Notes: a model not told the origin generated them from the sequence alone. Counted from the first letter of the stretch, positions 1-10,970 are shown. The stretch is 64,000 nt of DNA from an uncultured Chloroflexia bacterium (GCA_963814375.1 CAWFCQ010000006.1:96001-160000); one strand, 5' to 3'. Numbers and translations are program-made.

Positions 1-529
1 TGCGAAGGGCTCGATCGGCGTCGAACGGAGCACCCGACGCGAACAGTGCGCGGGCTTGCGACTCGCCGATCTTGGGCAGCACGAAGGTGCTGATCACCGC
101 CGGGATGATGCCAAGGCGGGTCTCGGGGAACCCGAAGGTCGTGCCGGCGGTCGCAATCACGATGTCCGCGACCGCGCAGAGGCCCATGCCGCCGCCGAGC
201 GCCGCTCCCTGCACGCGGGCCACGACCGGGACGGGGCAGGTGTCGATGGCGGTGAGCATGGCCTGCATCGCCGCCGCGTCTCGCTCGTTCTCGTCGATGG
301 ACAGCCCGATCGAGCCCCGCATCCACTCGACATCCGCCCCGGCGCAGAACACGGCGCCGGACCCGCCCAGGACGACCGCGCGCAACGCGCCGGCCGGCTC
401 GCGGCCGAACGCCTCGAACGTCACGCGCAGCTCTCCGATCAGCTCCGCGTTGAAGGCGTTGCGGACCTCGGGGCGGTCGAGCGTTACCCGCGCGAGCGAG
501 CCCTCACGTGAGACCTCGAGCACGCTCAT
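1..529 (-). CDS. Enoyl-CoA hydratase/isomerase family protein (likely methylglutaconyl-CoA hydratase); runs off the window edge
   Basis: Hand translation from ATG at 529 gives MSVLEVSREGSLARVTLDRPEVRNAFNAELI, a crotonase N-terminus. ATGA overlap with the upstream stop; near an MCC beta subunit gene. Confidence 0.85.
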   Translation of the reverse strand, partial: MSVLEVSREGSLARVTLDRPEVRNAFNAELIGELRVTFEAFGREPAGALRAVVLGGSGAVFCAGADVEWMRGSIGLSIDENERDAAAMQAMLTAIDTCPVPVVARVQGAALGGGMGLCAVADIVIATAGTTFGFPETRLGIIPAVISTFVLPKIGESQARALFASGAPFDADRALR

Positions 530-1335
530 CGGCCGCGTCGTCGATGGAATGGCTCGGCGACGGCGCGCACCTGCGTCAGCAGTGGTTCCTCCAGCCACAC
601 GACGTCGGTCCCATCGGGCACGTCGACCGTGGCCGACGCGCCAACGTCACCGACCAGGCCGAGCATCAGCCTCGGCGTGCCGTCACTCGCATCGGTCTCG
701 ACCAGGTATGCCGCCTCGACGGCCGTGTCGCGCAGCTCGTCGGAGATGGTCGTCTCGAGGGGTCGGGTGTCGGTCGAGGCGAGGCGGACCCTGATCGAGA
801 TGCGGGAGGTCGGCTCGAAGAGCGGCTCGCCGCTGCCGGGGATGTTGCCCGCGGCGAGCGCGGCAAGCTCGCCGAGGTCGAATCGATACGGAACCGGGCC
901 CGCCGGATCCATGATCGCCGGCATGCCGGCGGCCGCAAGGTTGGCAACGGCGATGCGCGCCGGGAGCGGGAGATTGCCGGTTTGCGCCGGTGCCCAGGCG
1001 GCGAGCGCCGCGAACGAGCCGAAGACCACGCTCACGGTCTCGCCACCGCTCTCGCGGGCCAGCATGACGCTGATCTCGACCTGCTCGTCGTCGGTGACGG
1101 CCGATGCCAGCGCCGCCTTCGCCTCATCGCCGTGCTCGGGCGGGACGGGAAGCAGAAGCGTCCCGCTCATCAGGGTCCGGTAGAAGGCGACGAGCGGCCC
1201 GCGATCGCCGCGCGTCTCCGCCTCGCGAGCGGCGAGCATGGCGTCGAACAGGTTCGCGGCGCTCTCCTCCAGCGATCCTGAGGGCGTGGAGCGATCGTGT
1301 GAGCCCGGCGCCGGGCGGTCATTGCCAGGATCCAT
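526..1335 (-). CDS. SseB-family protein
   Basis: FYRTLMSGTLLLPVP...VVFGSFAALAAWAP pattern and C-terminal VEAAYLV...LMLGL domain. Start set at MDPGND. Confidence 0.6.
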   Translation of the reverse strand: MDPGNDRPAPGSHDRSTPSGSLEESAANLFDAMLAAREAETRGDRGPLVAFYRTLMSGTLLLPVPPEHGDEAKAALASAVTDDEQVEISVMLARESGGETVSVVFGSFAALAAWAPAQTGNLPLPARIAVANLAAAGMPAIMDPAGPVPYRFDLGELAALAAGNIPGSGEPLFEPTSRISIRVRLASTDTRPLETTISDELRDTAVEAAYLVETDASDGTPRLMLGLVGDVGASATVDVPDGTDVVWLEEPLLTQVRAVAEPFHRRRGR

Positions 1336-1375
1336 CGGTCGGGTGAGCCTAGCGGATGCTGCTAGCATCGGCTCC

Positions 1376-2164
1376 ATGATCCGTGGCATCGATCACCTCG
1401 TCATCGCCAGCCCTGATCCTGACGTGGCCGCGACCGAGCTCGAGTCGAACCTGGGCCTCGCGGCCGTCGGCGGCGGACGCCACCCCGGGCGCGGGAGCTT
1501 CAACCGGATCGTCTGGCTGGCCGACGGCAGCTACCTCGAGCTGGTCGGCGTCGACGATCCGGAGCTGGCGCGCCAGGGCGCTGTGGGCGCCGCGGTGGTC
1601 CATGCGCTCGAGGCTCACGGCGGCGGGCTTGCGACGTACGCCCTCCGCGACGATGACCTCGAGGCCACCGCGACCGCGCTCGGGGCGATCGGGACGTTCG
1701 GTCCGGTGGCCCACGGCAGCCGCACGCGGCCCGATGGCGAGCTCGTCGAGTGGTGGACGGCGCTGCCGGTCTCGGAGCTCGCTCCTGACGCCACGCCATT
1801 CCTCATCCAGCACGCCTACACCGGCGCCGAGTGGAGCCACGACGCGCTCGCCGAGCGTGCAACTTACCGCCACCCGATCGGCGCCCCCGTCGCCCTCGCC
1901 CGCCTGGACATCGCAACGGCCGAACCTCCGGCCACGGCAGCGACGATCCACGACGCGCTGGGGATGGACTTCTGGGCCGTCGCCGACCTGGCGGTGGCGG
2001 AGACGGGGCCGCACGTCATCCGCCTCGTCCCGCGCCGCGAGATGCCGGTGCCCGCGGTCGTCACGCTCGCGGCCGACGTGGACGCTCCCCGCACGGCGGA
2101 GCTGCTCGGCCTCCGATTCGACGTGGAGCGCGCCGAGCTCCCCGTCCGCGTCGCAGATCGCTGA
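1376..2164 (+). CDS. VOC/glyoxalase-like family protein
   Basis: MIRGIDHLVIA...GGRHPGRGSFNRIV...YLEL...RTRPDGELVEW...PFLIQH. Confidence 0.85.
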   Translation: MIRGIDHLVIASPDPDVAATELESNLGLAAVGGGRHPGRGSFNRIVWLADGSYLELVGVDDPELARQGAVGAAVVHALEAHGGGLATYALRDDDLEATATALGAIGTFGPVAHGSRTRPDGELVEWWTALPVSELAPDATPFLIQHAYTGAEWSHDALAERATYRHPIGAPVALARLDIATAEPPATAATIHDALGMDFWAVADLAVAETGPHVIRLVPRREMPVPAVVTLAADVDAPRTAELLGLRFDVERAELPVRVADR

Positions 2165-2177
2165 CGGATCCCTCCGG

Positions 2178-2498
2178 CTATCGGTCGGGCGGGGGCACCT
2201 CGGAGTCGCCCTGGCCCGCGGGCACGTCGTGGCTGTCCGCCTGGATCGGCTCACTCGCGGGGGCCGGCTCCGCGGCAGCCGGATCGTTCGCCGGCGCCGC
2301 GGCCGACGTCCCCACCGCGTCGCTCGCGCCGCGATTCATGCCGACCAGGACCATCGCGGCGCCGATGATTGCGACCAAGATCCCGGCGAACGGCTGGAAG
2401 TCGTCGACGAGCTCCATCAGGCTGAACTGAAAGCCGACCAGCGGCAGCAGCAGCGAGCCGGCACCGATGATGATGAGAAAGACGCCCCATCCGACCAT
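2178..2498 (-). CDS. Small hypothetical membrane protein (2 TM helices, acidic tail)
   Basis: Two hydrophobic segments followed by an Ala/Pro/Asp-rich tail. Confidence 0.6.
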   Translation of the reverse strand: MVGWGVFLIIIGAGSLLLPLVGFQFSLMELVDDFQPFAGILVAIIGAAMVLVGMNRGASDAVGTSAAAPANDPAAAEPAPASEPIQADSHDVPAGQGDSEVPPPDR

Positions 2499-2575
2499 CT
2501 GAACGATTCCTCCCTCGGCCGACGGGCGCTCACCGTGACGCGTCCGGGCTCGGCGCGGGTCAGTCTAGCGCCGGC

Positions 2576-4174
2576 TCACATGCGGAAGAGGCTGAAGCCC
2601 GGCTCGGGGATCGGTGCGTTGAGAGCGGCGCTGATGCCCATGGCCAGGATGCGCCGCGTGTCGACCGGGTCGATGACCCCATCGTCCCACAGCCGAGCCG
2701 TCGAGTGGTACGGGGACCCCTCGCGCTCGTACTTGGCGAGGATCGGCGCTTCGAAGGCGTCACGATCCGCATCGGTCGCGAACTCGCCGCGCACCGTGGA
2801 CAGGACGCGGGCGGCCTGGGCTCCGCCCATCACGCTGATCCGGGCGTTCGGCCACATCCATAGCTGGCGAGGCCCGTACGCCCGGCCCGCCATGCCGTAG
2901 TTCCCGGCCCCGAAGCTGCCGCCGATGATGACCGTGAACTTCGGCACGTTGGTCGTGCTGACCGCGGTGACGAGCTTCGCTCCATCGCGGGCAATGCCGC
3001 CAGCCTCGTACTCGCGTCCGACCATGAATCCGGTGATGTTCTGGAGGAAGACGAGCGGGATCCGCCGTTGCGAGGCGAGCTCCACGAAGTGCGCCCCCTT
3101 CAGCGCCGACTGGCTGAAGAGAATCCCGTTGTTGGCGATGATCCCGACCGGGTAGCCGTGGAGACGGGCGAAGCCCGTCACCAGCGTCTCGCCATAGCGC
3201 GCCTTGAACTCGTGGAAGTCGGAGCCATCGACGAGTCGTGCGATCACCTCGCGGACGTCGTAGGACTGGCGCGCATCGGCCGGGATGACTCCATACAGGC
3301 TCTCGGCTGATGCCGAGGGCTCGCGAGGCTCGGCCACGTCCCATGGCGGATCAGGCTTGCGCCATGCCAGGTTGCGCACGATCTGCCGGCCGAGGGCCAG
3401 AGCGTGCTCATCGTCCAGGGCATAGTGGTCGGCCACGCCCGAGGTGGTGGTATGGACCTCCGCGCCACCCAGCTCCTCCGCGCTCACCTCCTCGCCGGTT
3501 GCTGCCTTCACCAACGGCGGGCCGCCGAGGAAGATCGTGCCGGTGCCCTTCACGATGACCGTCTCGTCGCTCATGGCCGGCACGTACGCGCCACCGGCGG
3601 TGCACGAGCCCATGACCAGCGCGACCTGCGGAATGCGCCGCGCCGATAGCTGAGCCTGGTTGTAGAAGATCCGCCCGAAGTGGTCGCGGTCCGGGAAGAC
3701 CTCGTCCTGAAGCGGCAGGAACGCGCCCCCGCTGTCGACCAGGTAGAGGCACGGGAGCCGATTCTCGAGCGCGATCTCCTGCGCGCGGAGATGCTTGCGC
3801 ACGGTGATCGGGTAGTACGTGCCGCCCTTGACCGTCGCGTCGTTGGCAACGATCACGCACTCGACGCCCTCGACGTGGCCGATGCCGGTCACGATGCCTG
3901 CACCCGGCGCCTCATCGTCGTAGAGGCCGTTGGCGGCGAGAGCCGAGAGCTCGAGAAAGGCGCTGCCCGGATCGATCAGCAGGTCGATCCGTTCGCGGAC
4001 GGGGAGCTTCCCCCGTTCTCGATGCCGCGCGATCGAGCGGTCATCGCCTCCCGCGCCCCGGTCAGCCAGAGCCGCGGTTCGCCGGCGGAGGTCGGCGACC
4101 AGCGCGCGCATGGCGTCGGCGTTGGTGCCCGTGTCCGCGGAGTCGGGCTGGAGCGCAGTCTGGATGACGGCCAT
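2576..4174 (-). CDS. Methylcrotonoyl-CoA carboxylase beta (carboxyltransferase) subunit
   Basis: [63 protein letters not shown]. Confidence 0.92.
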   Translation of the reverse strand: MAVIQTALQPDSADTGTNADAMRALVADLRRRTAALADRGAGGDDRSIARHRERGKLPVRERIDLLIDPGSAFLELSALAANGLYDDEAPGAGIVTGIGHVEGVECVIVANDATVKGGTYYPITVRKHLRAQEIALENRLPCLYLVDSGGAFLPLQDEVFPDRDHFGRIFYNQAQLSARRIPQVALVMGSCTAGGAYVPAMSDETVIVKGTGTIFLGGPPLVKAATGEEVSAEELGGAEVHTTTSGVADHYALDDEHALALGRQIVRNLAWRKPDPPWDVAEPREPSASAESLYGVIPADARQSYDVREVIARLVDGSDFHEFKARYGETLVTGFARLHGYPVGIIANNGILFSQSALKGAHFVELASQRRIPLVFLQNITGFMVGREYEAGGIARDGAKLVTAVSTTNVPKFTVIIGGSFGAGNYGMAGRAYGPRQLWMWPNARISVMGGAQAARVLSTVRGEFATDADRDAFEAPILAKYEREGSPYHSTARLWDDGVIDPVDTRRILAMGISAALNAPIPEPGFSLFRM

Positions 4175-4196
4175 CGCCGCCGATTATGGCCCGGCG

Positions 4197-4772
4197 TCAG
4201 GCGAGGGTGACGAGCGACACGATCTGGGTGATGTGGGCGGCGTTGAGGATCGCGACGCTGACGACATGCTCGAATGGCGGGTCGCCCTCGTGCAGCAGGT
4301 AGGCATCGGTCAGCGGCAGGAACCGCTGGTTGCGCAGCAGGTGAGGACCGACCTCGACGCCGGGTGCCAGGTGGATGTTTCCCGTGATCGTGAATGGACC
4401 GGCGACGATCGCGGCGCGCTTCAGGCGTCGGTGCAGGCGCAGCTGGCGGCTGGCGCGCCACTCGGGCGGCATCGCCATCACCACCCGTGCCGTCGCGAGG
4501 GTCTCCCACTCGCCGTTCGTACCGCCGGGCTCTCCCCCGTCGCGCGGGGGATCCGTTCGGTCGAGCGGACCCGGGCTGGGCCTCCAGAGGCGGAGCTCAT
4601 CCTGGGAGAGGAGCAGGTCGGTGACGCGTTGGCCATTTGGCGCGATCCAGCCCACGATCCGCGAGTCGGCCGTGTAGATCTCGATCGGGGCCAGGTCGAG
4701 ACTCAACGCCATGGCCGCGGTCCCCTGGATGTCAGCCGGACCGGGACCCCTCCGCCAGTTCCAGAACGTCAC
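4197..4772 (-). CDS. Hypothetical protein with two similar beta-rich halves
   Basis: GGAGG then GTG at 4772; IEIYTADSRIVGWI...RVTDLL and FTITGNIHL...FLPLTDA. Confidence 0.6.
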   Translation of the reverse strand: MTFWNWRRGPGPADIQGTAAMALSLDLAPIEIYTADSRIVGWIAPNGQRVTDLLLSQDELRLWRPSPGPLDRTDPPRDGGEPGGTNGEWETLATARVVMAMPPEWRASRQLRLHRRLKRAAIVAGPFTITGNIHLAPGVEVGPHLLRNQRFLPLTDAYLLHEGDPPFEHVVSVAILNAAHITQIVSLVTLA

Positions 4773-4879
4773 GTTGCCTCCTGCTCGGAACGGCCGCCCG
4801 AGCACTCGGGCGACCTCCACCGCAACCGTATGCTTCCGCGCGGGCTCGACCAACGGGCCGATAGTCCTACCCTGCTCCC

Positions 4880-5215
4880 ATGATCGAATTCGACCAGTTC
4901 CTCCTCGTCGACATGCGCGTCGGGCGCATCCTGTCGGCCGAGCCCCTGATCGGCGCGCGCAAGCCCTCCTACGAGCTGCGCATCGACTTCGGCGGGGACC
5001 TCGGCGAGCGCAGCAGCTCGGCGCAGCTGACGGTCACCTACCCCGACCCTTCCGCCCTGGTCGGCCGTCAGGTTGTGGCGGTGGTGAACTTTCCGCCTCG
5101 ACGGATCGCTGGATTCTCGAGCGAGGTCCTCGTCCTCGGAGCGATGGGAGACGGCGGGCAGGTCCACCTCCTCGTGCCGGATCCGCCGTGCGCGGAAGGC
5201 CTTCGCATCGGCTGA
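4880..5215 (+). CDS. csaA: tRNA-binding protein / chaperone CsaA
   Basis: DMRVGRILSAE...SSAQLT...VVNFPPRRIAGFSSEVLVLG. Confidence 0.9.
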   Translation: MIEFDQFLLVDMRVGRILSAEPLIGARKPSYELRIDFGGDLGERSSSAQLTVTYPDPSALVGRQVVAVVNFPPRRIAGFSSEVLVLGAMGDGGQVHLLVPDPPCAEGLRIG

Positions 5216-5243
5216 TGAGCGCGCCGTCTGGGATACTCGAGCC

Positions 5244-5688
5244 ATGACCGACGCCTCGACTGCGCCCCTTCGTCGGGGACGCCCCCGACGGCATGCCCCA
5301 GCTCGACCTGGCGCCACCGCAGATCGCCCGCAGCGGCGACCCGTTCGCCGCGCTCCGGATCGTTCACTTCGTGTCGCGGCTCAGACGGAACGAAACGCTC
5401 CAGCTTCGCGACGTCGTCGCGGCACTGAATGCGGAGCTGCTCGACTGGTCATTCAGCGAGAAGGTGGTGATCGCGGAGCTCGTGCAGCTCCAGGCCAACT
5501 GGGGCATCAGCTTCCATGGCGACGACCGGATCGTCCTGGATCGCAATGAGCGCGGTCACACGCTGCTCATCGTCGACTCGACGAAGATGACCTCGTTCCT
5601 CGTCAACGAGGCGCGCCGCCTGCGCGAGGCCTGCGAGGAGGAGCTCCGCCGCTTCACTCTCGGCGACGGGGTGACGACCGACTACTGA
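5244..5688 (+). CDS. Hypothetical protein, probably frameshifted near 5290 (MTDASTAPLRRGRPRR joined to MPQLDLAPP...)
   Basis: GATACT -10 lies 6 nt before ATG 5244. The protein-like frame is 5293..5688, and removing one base joins the two. Confidence 0.55.
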
Positions 5689-5717
5689 GCCGTCCGCGGG
5701 CACTCAGATCGGGCGTC

Positions 5718-6653
5718 TCAGACGCGGTCCGCGTCTCCCGCCGACTCACTGGCGGCAACGACGGGTCGGGAGGGCACATCCTCGTCGCCGATGACGGGCA
5801 AAGGCACCCGGCGCGGCCGGGGTCGGAACGGGCTCGTCTCGGGCACGACCGGGCCATCGGTCTCGGTGAGGGCGCCGCCGCGATAGGCCTCCCATACCGC
5901 CATGACCGTGTCGCGATGCGGCTTGATGCGACAGTGCTCGTCACGGTTGCCCATCTCGTCGCAATAGCCGAGCGGCACGCACTTCGGGACGAGGAAGGAG
6001 CCGAAGAAGGGGCTGACCCGGAAGACCTCGTGCCTGATCTGCTTGAACAGCTGGCGGATCTCCCACTGAGCCATCGTGCACAGGCGCAGGCCCGACATGT
6101 GGATCAGCTGGCGGAGGTTCACCGTCATGATGAGATTGGTCTGCATCGCGTTCGGGAAGATGAACCGCGCGTCCTCCGCCGGCACCTCCGCCTGGAGCAG
6201 CTGGCCGTACAGCTCCAGGTTGTCGTCGATCGCGCGCTGGAAGCGGCCGGCCAGGTCGTCGGGCAGGTCGCCATCCGTGATCGACTCGGGGATCGTGTAG
6301 TTGTCCCGCTTCTTGAAGCTCACGTAGCGCTGCGACTGCTGGTCGAAGGCGGTCCCCGCGCGGTGTCGCACGAGCTGGTGAGAGAGCGTGCGTGTCACCC
6401 CGCTGATCGCGAACGTGAAGTTGACGTGCTCGATGGTCGAGCCGTGACCCGACTCCATCACCTTGCGCACGAGGTTCTGCTGCTTCTCGTCCGCGACCTC
6501 GCGGCTCACCGCCTTGCCCCAGATCTGGTCGGGCACCTGCTCGGAGTAGCAGGTCCGGCAGGCGGTGTAGATGATCGGGAGGTAGTACTCCTCGACGATC
6601 TCCTTGGTCGGGAAGATGAGCTTGGCGGAGAGGGCGGTTGAGGTCGACGGCAT
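5718..6653 (-). CDS. thyX: Flavin-dependent thymidylate synthase ThyX
   Basis: GHGSTIEH, SHQLVRHR...QQSQRY, EDARFIFP, NLRQLIH...LRLC..AQWEIR. Confidence 0.93.
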   Translation of the reverse strand: MPSTSTALSAKLIFPTKEIVEEYYLPIIYTACRTCYSEQVPDQIWGKAVSREVADEKQQNLVRKVMESGHGSTIEHVNFTFAISGVTRTLSHQLVRHRAGTAFDQQSQRYVSFKKRDNYTIPESITDGDLPDDLAGRFQRAIDDNLELYGQLLQAEVPAEDARFIFPNAMQTNLIMTVNLRQLIHMSGLRLCTMAQWEIRQLFKQIRHEVFRVSPFFGSFLVPKCVPLGYCDEMGNRDEHCRIKPHRDTVMAVWEAYRGGALTETDGPVVPETSPFRPRPRRVPLPVIGDEDVPSRPVVAASESAGDADRV

Positions 6654-6681
6654 CCCCCGAAGTCTACCAAAGGGAACGGCC

Positions 6682-6743
6682 GATCCCACACGGTTATCCA
6701 CAAGATGTGGGGGTGTGGATTATCCGACGCCGCTATGTTGTGG
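6682..6743. promoter_or_regulatory. DnaA box(es) and a tandem NrdR-like box pair in the thyX promoter region
   Basis: TTATCCACA at 6694-6702; TGTGGATTA at 6714-6722; CCACAAGATGTGGGGG at 6698-6713 and CGCCGCTATGTTGTGG at 6728-6743, 30 bp apart. Confidence 0.55.
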
Positions 6744-6793
6744 TCTTTCGCCCCGCGTGGTCTCCCGGGTCCGGCTCCCTATACTCGCGCTCC

Positions 6794-7159
6794 ATGTCCG
6801 AGGGTCGGCCCGCCGTCATGTCGCGATCGGCGTTCCTCGAGGCGACGGACGAGCTCATCGCGACGGGCGAGGGCCTCGTCGTCAGCCCCGACTGGGACGC
6901 GTTCCGAGGGTGGCTGCTGGCGTCCGACCAGCTCCTCGAGCGGGTCTGGGGCAGGATGGACCGCTATCACCTGGCGTGGCTGAACGTGGGCCGCGACAGC
7001 GCACCACCCGGGTCCTCGCTGGATGAAGCCGGAACGCGAAGATTCGTTGCGGAGGTCGCGAGCGCCAAGCTGGCTGTCCTGCGTACGATGAGGTCGTCGG
7101 TGGAGCGACGGGGCTGGACACTGCTCTCCGATGACGACGCCGAAGAGGAGGCCCGATGA
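6794..7159 (+). CDS. Hypothetical protein
   Basis: TATACT -10 lies 8 nt upstream; ATGA overlap with the next gene; helical protein-like sequence. Confidence 0.65.
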   Translation: MSEGRPAVMSRSAFLEATDELIATGEGLVVSPDWDAFRGWLLASDQLLERVWGRMDRYHLAWLNVGRDSAPPGSSLDEAGTRRFVAEVASAKLAVLRTMRSSVERRGWTLLSDDDAEEEAR

Positions 7160-7881
7160 GCTACCAGATCGCGCCCGGCGGCCTGGCGGCGGTGCTCGCT
7201 CATCCCGACGACGAGAGCTTCGGCTGCGCCGGCGCGCTGGCCCTGGCGCACGCGGCGGGAAAGACGACACGCCTGCTGGTCGCGACCCGGGGCGAGGCCG
7301 GCACGGCCGACGGGATTCCCGATGCTTCCTTCGGTGACACGCGCGAGGCCGAGCTCATCTGCGCCGCACGGACGATAGGGCTCGACGAGGTGTCGATCCT
7401 CGACGGCTATGCGGACGGGGGCATCGCGGACGAGCCATTCGATCGCCTGGTGGACGAGATCGCCGCCTGGCTCGCCGATCGCCGCCCCGCCGCCGTGATC
7501 ACCTTCGGGCCGCACGGGGTGACGGGGCACCCCGACCACGTCGTGGTGGGCAGCGCGACCCGCTGGGCGGTGGAGAAGCTGTCCGAGAGCGGCGTCGCCC
7601 CGAACTCCATCTATGTGATCTCGCCGATCTTCGACCCCGGCGGCAACCTCTACGACCTCTCCGCCGAGGAGCAGGCGGCGACGCACCGGATCGAGATCAC
7701 CGGCTTCGCGCCCACGAAACTCGCTGCCCTCGAGTGCCACGCCAGCCAGACCGATACCGCGCGCGAGATCGCGGCCATTCGCGCCGCCATCGAGTCGGGG
7801 GAGGCGGTCTACGAGGGCTACCAGCGGGTCAGGCCGATCGTTCCTGCCCCACACCCCGTGTTCGACGAGGCCCTGCTCTAG
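7156..7881 (+). CDS. PIG-L/LmbE family deacetylase
   Basis: AHPDDE, TRGEAG, GHPDH, CHASQ motifs. Confidence 0.9.
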   Translation: MSYQIAPGGLAAVLAHPDDESFGCAGALALAHAAGKTTRLLVATRGEAGTADGIPDASFGDTREAELICAARTIGLDEVSILDGYADGGIADEPFDRLVDEIAAWLADRRPAAVITFGPHGVTGHPDHVVVGSATRWAVEKLSESGVAPNSIYVISPIFDPGGNLYDLSAEEQAATHRIEITGFAPTKLAALECHASQTDTAREIAAIRAAIESGEAVYEGYQRVRPIVPAPHPVFDEALL

Positions 7882-7930
7882 CAAAGGTGCCGTTTCGGTG
7901 CTTCCCCGCGCTTGAGGGTATCCTTGCCGC

Positions 7931-8221
7931 ATGGCAATCGACTCCGACCTCGCCAAGGTGGACGAGGTCATGACCGCCCTCTACGACATCCACGATCCGG
8001 AAATCGGGATGAGCATCGTCGACCTCGACCTCATCAAGGCCGTCGACCTCGGGACCGATGGGAATCCGACCGAGATCAAGATGGTGCTGACCACCCCGTT
8101 CTGCCCATGGGCGGGAGAGCTGATCCAGACCGTGAAGACGAAGACCGAAGAGGTGGTCGGACCGCCGGTCAAGGTGACCCTGCTGGCCGAGCGCTGGGAG
8201 CCTCCGCCCGGCCTCTTCTAG
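7931..8221 (+). CDS. Metal-sulfur cluster assembly factor (DUF59/SufT-like)
   Basis: DPEIGMSIVDLDLI...LTTPFCP. Confidence 0.9.
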   Translation: MAIDSDLAKVDEVMTALYDIHDPEIGMSIVDLDLIKAVDLGTDGNPTEIKMVLTTPFCPWAGELIQTVKTKTEEVVGPPVKVTLLAERWEPPPGLF

Positions 8222-8682
8222 GCCGGCATTTTCTCCACCAGGTCCGCCGCGTTGGGCGCTCCACCGTGGCCCTCCACCATCAGAGCCTGGAGCACCGCCT
8301 CCTCGAGCTGGGTCACCACGAACGGCTTGACCACGATCATCACCTTCTGCTCGGTGAGGTAGCCTTGGAGGTCGCTCAGCACCCGGAGGGCAGCGCTGCA
8401 CACGATCACCGGCACGCGCTCGAGCTGCCGGTCCATCCGCACCTTTTGAAGGAGCTGCCACCCCAGCAGCTCCTTCTCGCCGAAGACAAAGTCCAGGATG
8501 ATGAGGTCCGGCTTGGCGGCGCGCACTCGGTCGAGCTCGCGTGGCGCGTAGCTCATCTGGACCACCTCGAGCCCCATCTCGCTCAGGATGTCGTCGAACA
8601 GCTCGAGGATCTCCTGGGTGTCGTTGACCACGAGCACGCGCTTGCCGCGCAGCTCGGCGTGCTTCCCGGCGTCCTGGGTCAT
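8218..8682 (-). CDS. Stand-alone response regulator receiver protein
   Basis: RVLVVND...PDLIILD...PVIVCSA...KPF. Confidence 0.85.
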   Translation of the reverse strand: MTQDAGKHAELRGKRVLVVNDTQEILELFDDILSEMGLEVVQMSYAPRELDRVRAAKPDLIILDFVFGEKELLGWQLLQKVRMDRQLERVPVIVCSAALRVLSDLQGYLTEQKVMIVVKPFVVTQLEEAVLQALMVEGHGGAPNAADLVEKMPA

Positions 8683-8737
8683 GGTGCGACGTACCATGCA
8701 CGGGCGGTGCCACCGGCACCGGCTCGAGGGAGATGCG

Positions 8738-9304
8738 GTGGTGCGGATCTACACGCGAAAGGGTGATACGGGCACTACGGGCCTGCTGTTCGGAGGGAAG
8801 CGCGTGAGCAAGGCCGATGCGCGTACCGAGGCTTACGGGACCACCGATGAGGCCGTCTCGGCCCTCGGGCTGGCACGCGCATCCATCGGTTCCGCCACTG
8901 ACCGAACCGAGGCCCGGCTGACCGAGCTGATCGTCCGGCTCCAGCGCGAGCTGTTCGTGGTCGGCGCCGAGCTCGCCACCGGCCTCGATCGACGCGACCG
9001 GCTGACGGACGGCGTCTCGCGAGTCACCCCCGAGATGGTGAGCGCCCTGGAGGCCGAGATCGATGCGCTGGAAGGGCTGGTCGAGCAGCCGAAGGAGTTC
9101 GTCGTGCCCGGCGAGTCGGCGACCGGCGCCGCGTTGGACCTGGCGCGGACGACGACCCGCCGCGCCGAGCGCCGCGCCGTGGGCCTGGCCGAGATGGGCG
9201 AGCTCCCCGACTCCCAGGTCGTGCCGTACCTCAACCGGCTGGCGGACCTGCTATTCGTGGCCGCCCGCGCCGCCGATGGAGGCTTCCTTCCGGTCCGCGA
9301 CTGA
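8738..9304 (+). CDS. PduO-type cob(I)alamin adenosyltransferase
   Basis: RIYTRKGDTGTT...YGTTDE...RRAERR...YLNRLADLLF. Confidence 0.92.
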   Translation: MVRIYTRKGDTGTTGLLFGGKRVSKADARTEAYGTTDEAVSALGLARASIGSATDRTEARLTELIVRLQRELFVVGAELATGLDRRDRLTDGVSRVTPEMVSALEAEIDALEGLVEQPKEFVVPGESATGAALDLARTTTRRAERRAVGLAEMGELPDSQVVPYLNRLADLLFVAARAADGGFLPVRD

Positions 9305-9443
9305 GGCGTCAGCCCATCCGCGGAATCCGCGGCAATCGATGGCTCGGCGCCATGGAATCCGGAGTTGTGACGAGTAGAATCGGCGGCATGGGTGGCCGGA
9401 TTGGCCGAGCCTGCCCGCTCATCCGAGCCGAGGAACACACCAC

Positions 9444-10889
9444 ATGACCGTGACCGCGCCGCGCCAGCGGATGTTCATCGACGGCGATTGGGCCGATGCA
9501 GGCAGCGGCGAGACCGCGGCCGTGATCAACCCCGCCACGGAGGAGGAGATCGCCCAGGTCCCGAAGGGAGACGCTTCCGACGTCGACCGCGCGGTGGCCG
9601 CCGCCCGGGCCGCGTTCGAGTCGTGGTCGCAGTCGACGCCGCAGGATCGGTCGAAGGCCCTCTACGCCTTCGCCGATGCCATCGAGAAGGACACTGAGAC
9701 GCTCTCACTGCTCGAGCAGCAGAACGTCGGCAAGCCCAAGGGGACCGCCGACTTCGACGTCGAGTTCACCGTCGACAACGTCCGCTTCTTCGCGGGCGCC
9801 GCCCGTGTCGTCGAAGGCAAGGCCGCCGGCGAGTACGTCAGCACGCATACCAGCATGATTCGGCGCGAGGCGGCCGGGGTAGTCGGCCAGGTGGCCCCGT
9901 GGAACTACCCGCTGATGATGGCGATCTGGAAGCTGTGCCCGGCCATCGCCGCCGGCTGCACCGTCATCCTCAAGCCGTCTTCGATGACTCCTCTCTCGGC
10001 GATCCGCCTGGCCGAGCTCGCCGCCGACATCTTTCCCAAGGGCGTCTTCAACGTGGTCACCGGGCCTGGCTCGGTGGTGGGCGATCGGCTCATCCGCCAT
10101 CCCGACGTCGACATGGTCAGCCTCACGGGCGACACCGCGACCGGGAAGGAGATCGCAGCGGCAGCTGCGCAGACGGTGAAGCGCGTGCATCTCGAGCTCG
10201 GCGGCAAGGCCCCGGTGCTCGTCTACGACGACGCCGACATGGATGCGCTGGCGGAGACGATCAAGCTTGCCGGCTTCTTCAACACGGGGCAGGACTGCAC
10301 CGCCGCGACCCGGATCATCGTGATGGGCGACGGCTACGACCGGGCGCTGGAGGCGCTGGTCCCGGCGGTCGAGTCGATCAGGGCCGGCGATCCGGCCTCC
10401 GACCCCGAGCTCGACATGGGCCCACTGGTCAGCAAGGCACAGCAGGACCGGGTTGCCGGCTTCATCGACCGGGCGCGAGGCTACGGGGCCGAGATCGCGG
10501 CCGGCGGCGAGGCCTTCGGCGATCGCGGCTTCTTCTACAAGCCGTCCATCGTGACCGGCGTCGCCCAGGACGCGGAGATCGTCCAGAGCGAGGTCTTCGG
10601 TCCGGTCGTCACGGTCCAGCGTTTCGACGACGAGGCTGACGGCCTCGCCTGGGCCAACGGCGTCCCGTATGGGCTGGCCGCATCGGTCTGGACCAAGGAC
10701 ATCAAGCGCGCGCTGCGCGCCGCGAAGGCGCTGCGCTACGGGACGGTCTGGATCAACGACCACCTCACGATCGCCTCGGAGATGCCGCACGGTGGCTTCG
10801 GACAGTCCGGATACGGGAAGGACATGAGCTCCTACTCGATCGAGGACTACACCATCGTGAAGCACGTGATGGCGAAGATCGCCGACTGA
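9444..10889 (+). CDS. Aldehyde dehydrogenase (gamma-aminobutyraldehyde dehydrogenase-like)
   Basis: [45 protein letters not shown]. Confidence 0.88.
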   Translation: MTVTAPRQRMFIDGDWADAGSGETAAVINPATEEEIAQVPKGDASDVDRAVAAARAAFESWSQSTPQDRSKALYAFADAIEKDTETLSLLEQQNVGKPKGTADFDVEFTVDNVRFFAGAARVVEGKAAGEYVSTHTSMIRREAAGVVGQVAPWNYPLMMAIWKLCPAIAAGCTVILKPSSMTPLSAIRLAELAADIFPKGVFNVVTGPGSVVGDRLIRHPDVDMVSLTGDTATGKEIAAAAAQTVKRVHLELGGKAPVLVYDDADMDALAETIKLAGFFNTGQDCTAATRIIVMGDGYDRALEALVPAVESIRAGDPASDPELDMGPLVSKAQQDRVAGFIDRARGYGAEIAAGGEAFGDRGFFYKPSIVTGVAQDAEIVQSEVFGPVVTVQRFDDEADGLAWANGVPYGLAASVWTKDIKRALRAAKALRYGTVWINDHLTIASEMPHGGFGQSGYGKDMSSYSIEDYTIVKHVMAKIAD

Positions 10890-10970
10890 GCTCGAGTGGT
10901 GCCGCTGGGCCGGTCGATCGAGGAGTTCACGATCGATGACCGCACGTCGCGGACCGGGGCGTGAAGGCAA

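Noticed and set aside
6682-6743. DnaA boxes as oriC
   Set aside because: Only one perfect box in a 140-bp gap, no AT-rich unwinding element, and no dnaA or dnaN nearby.
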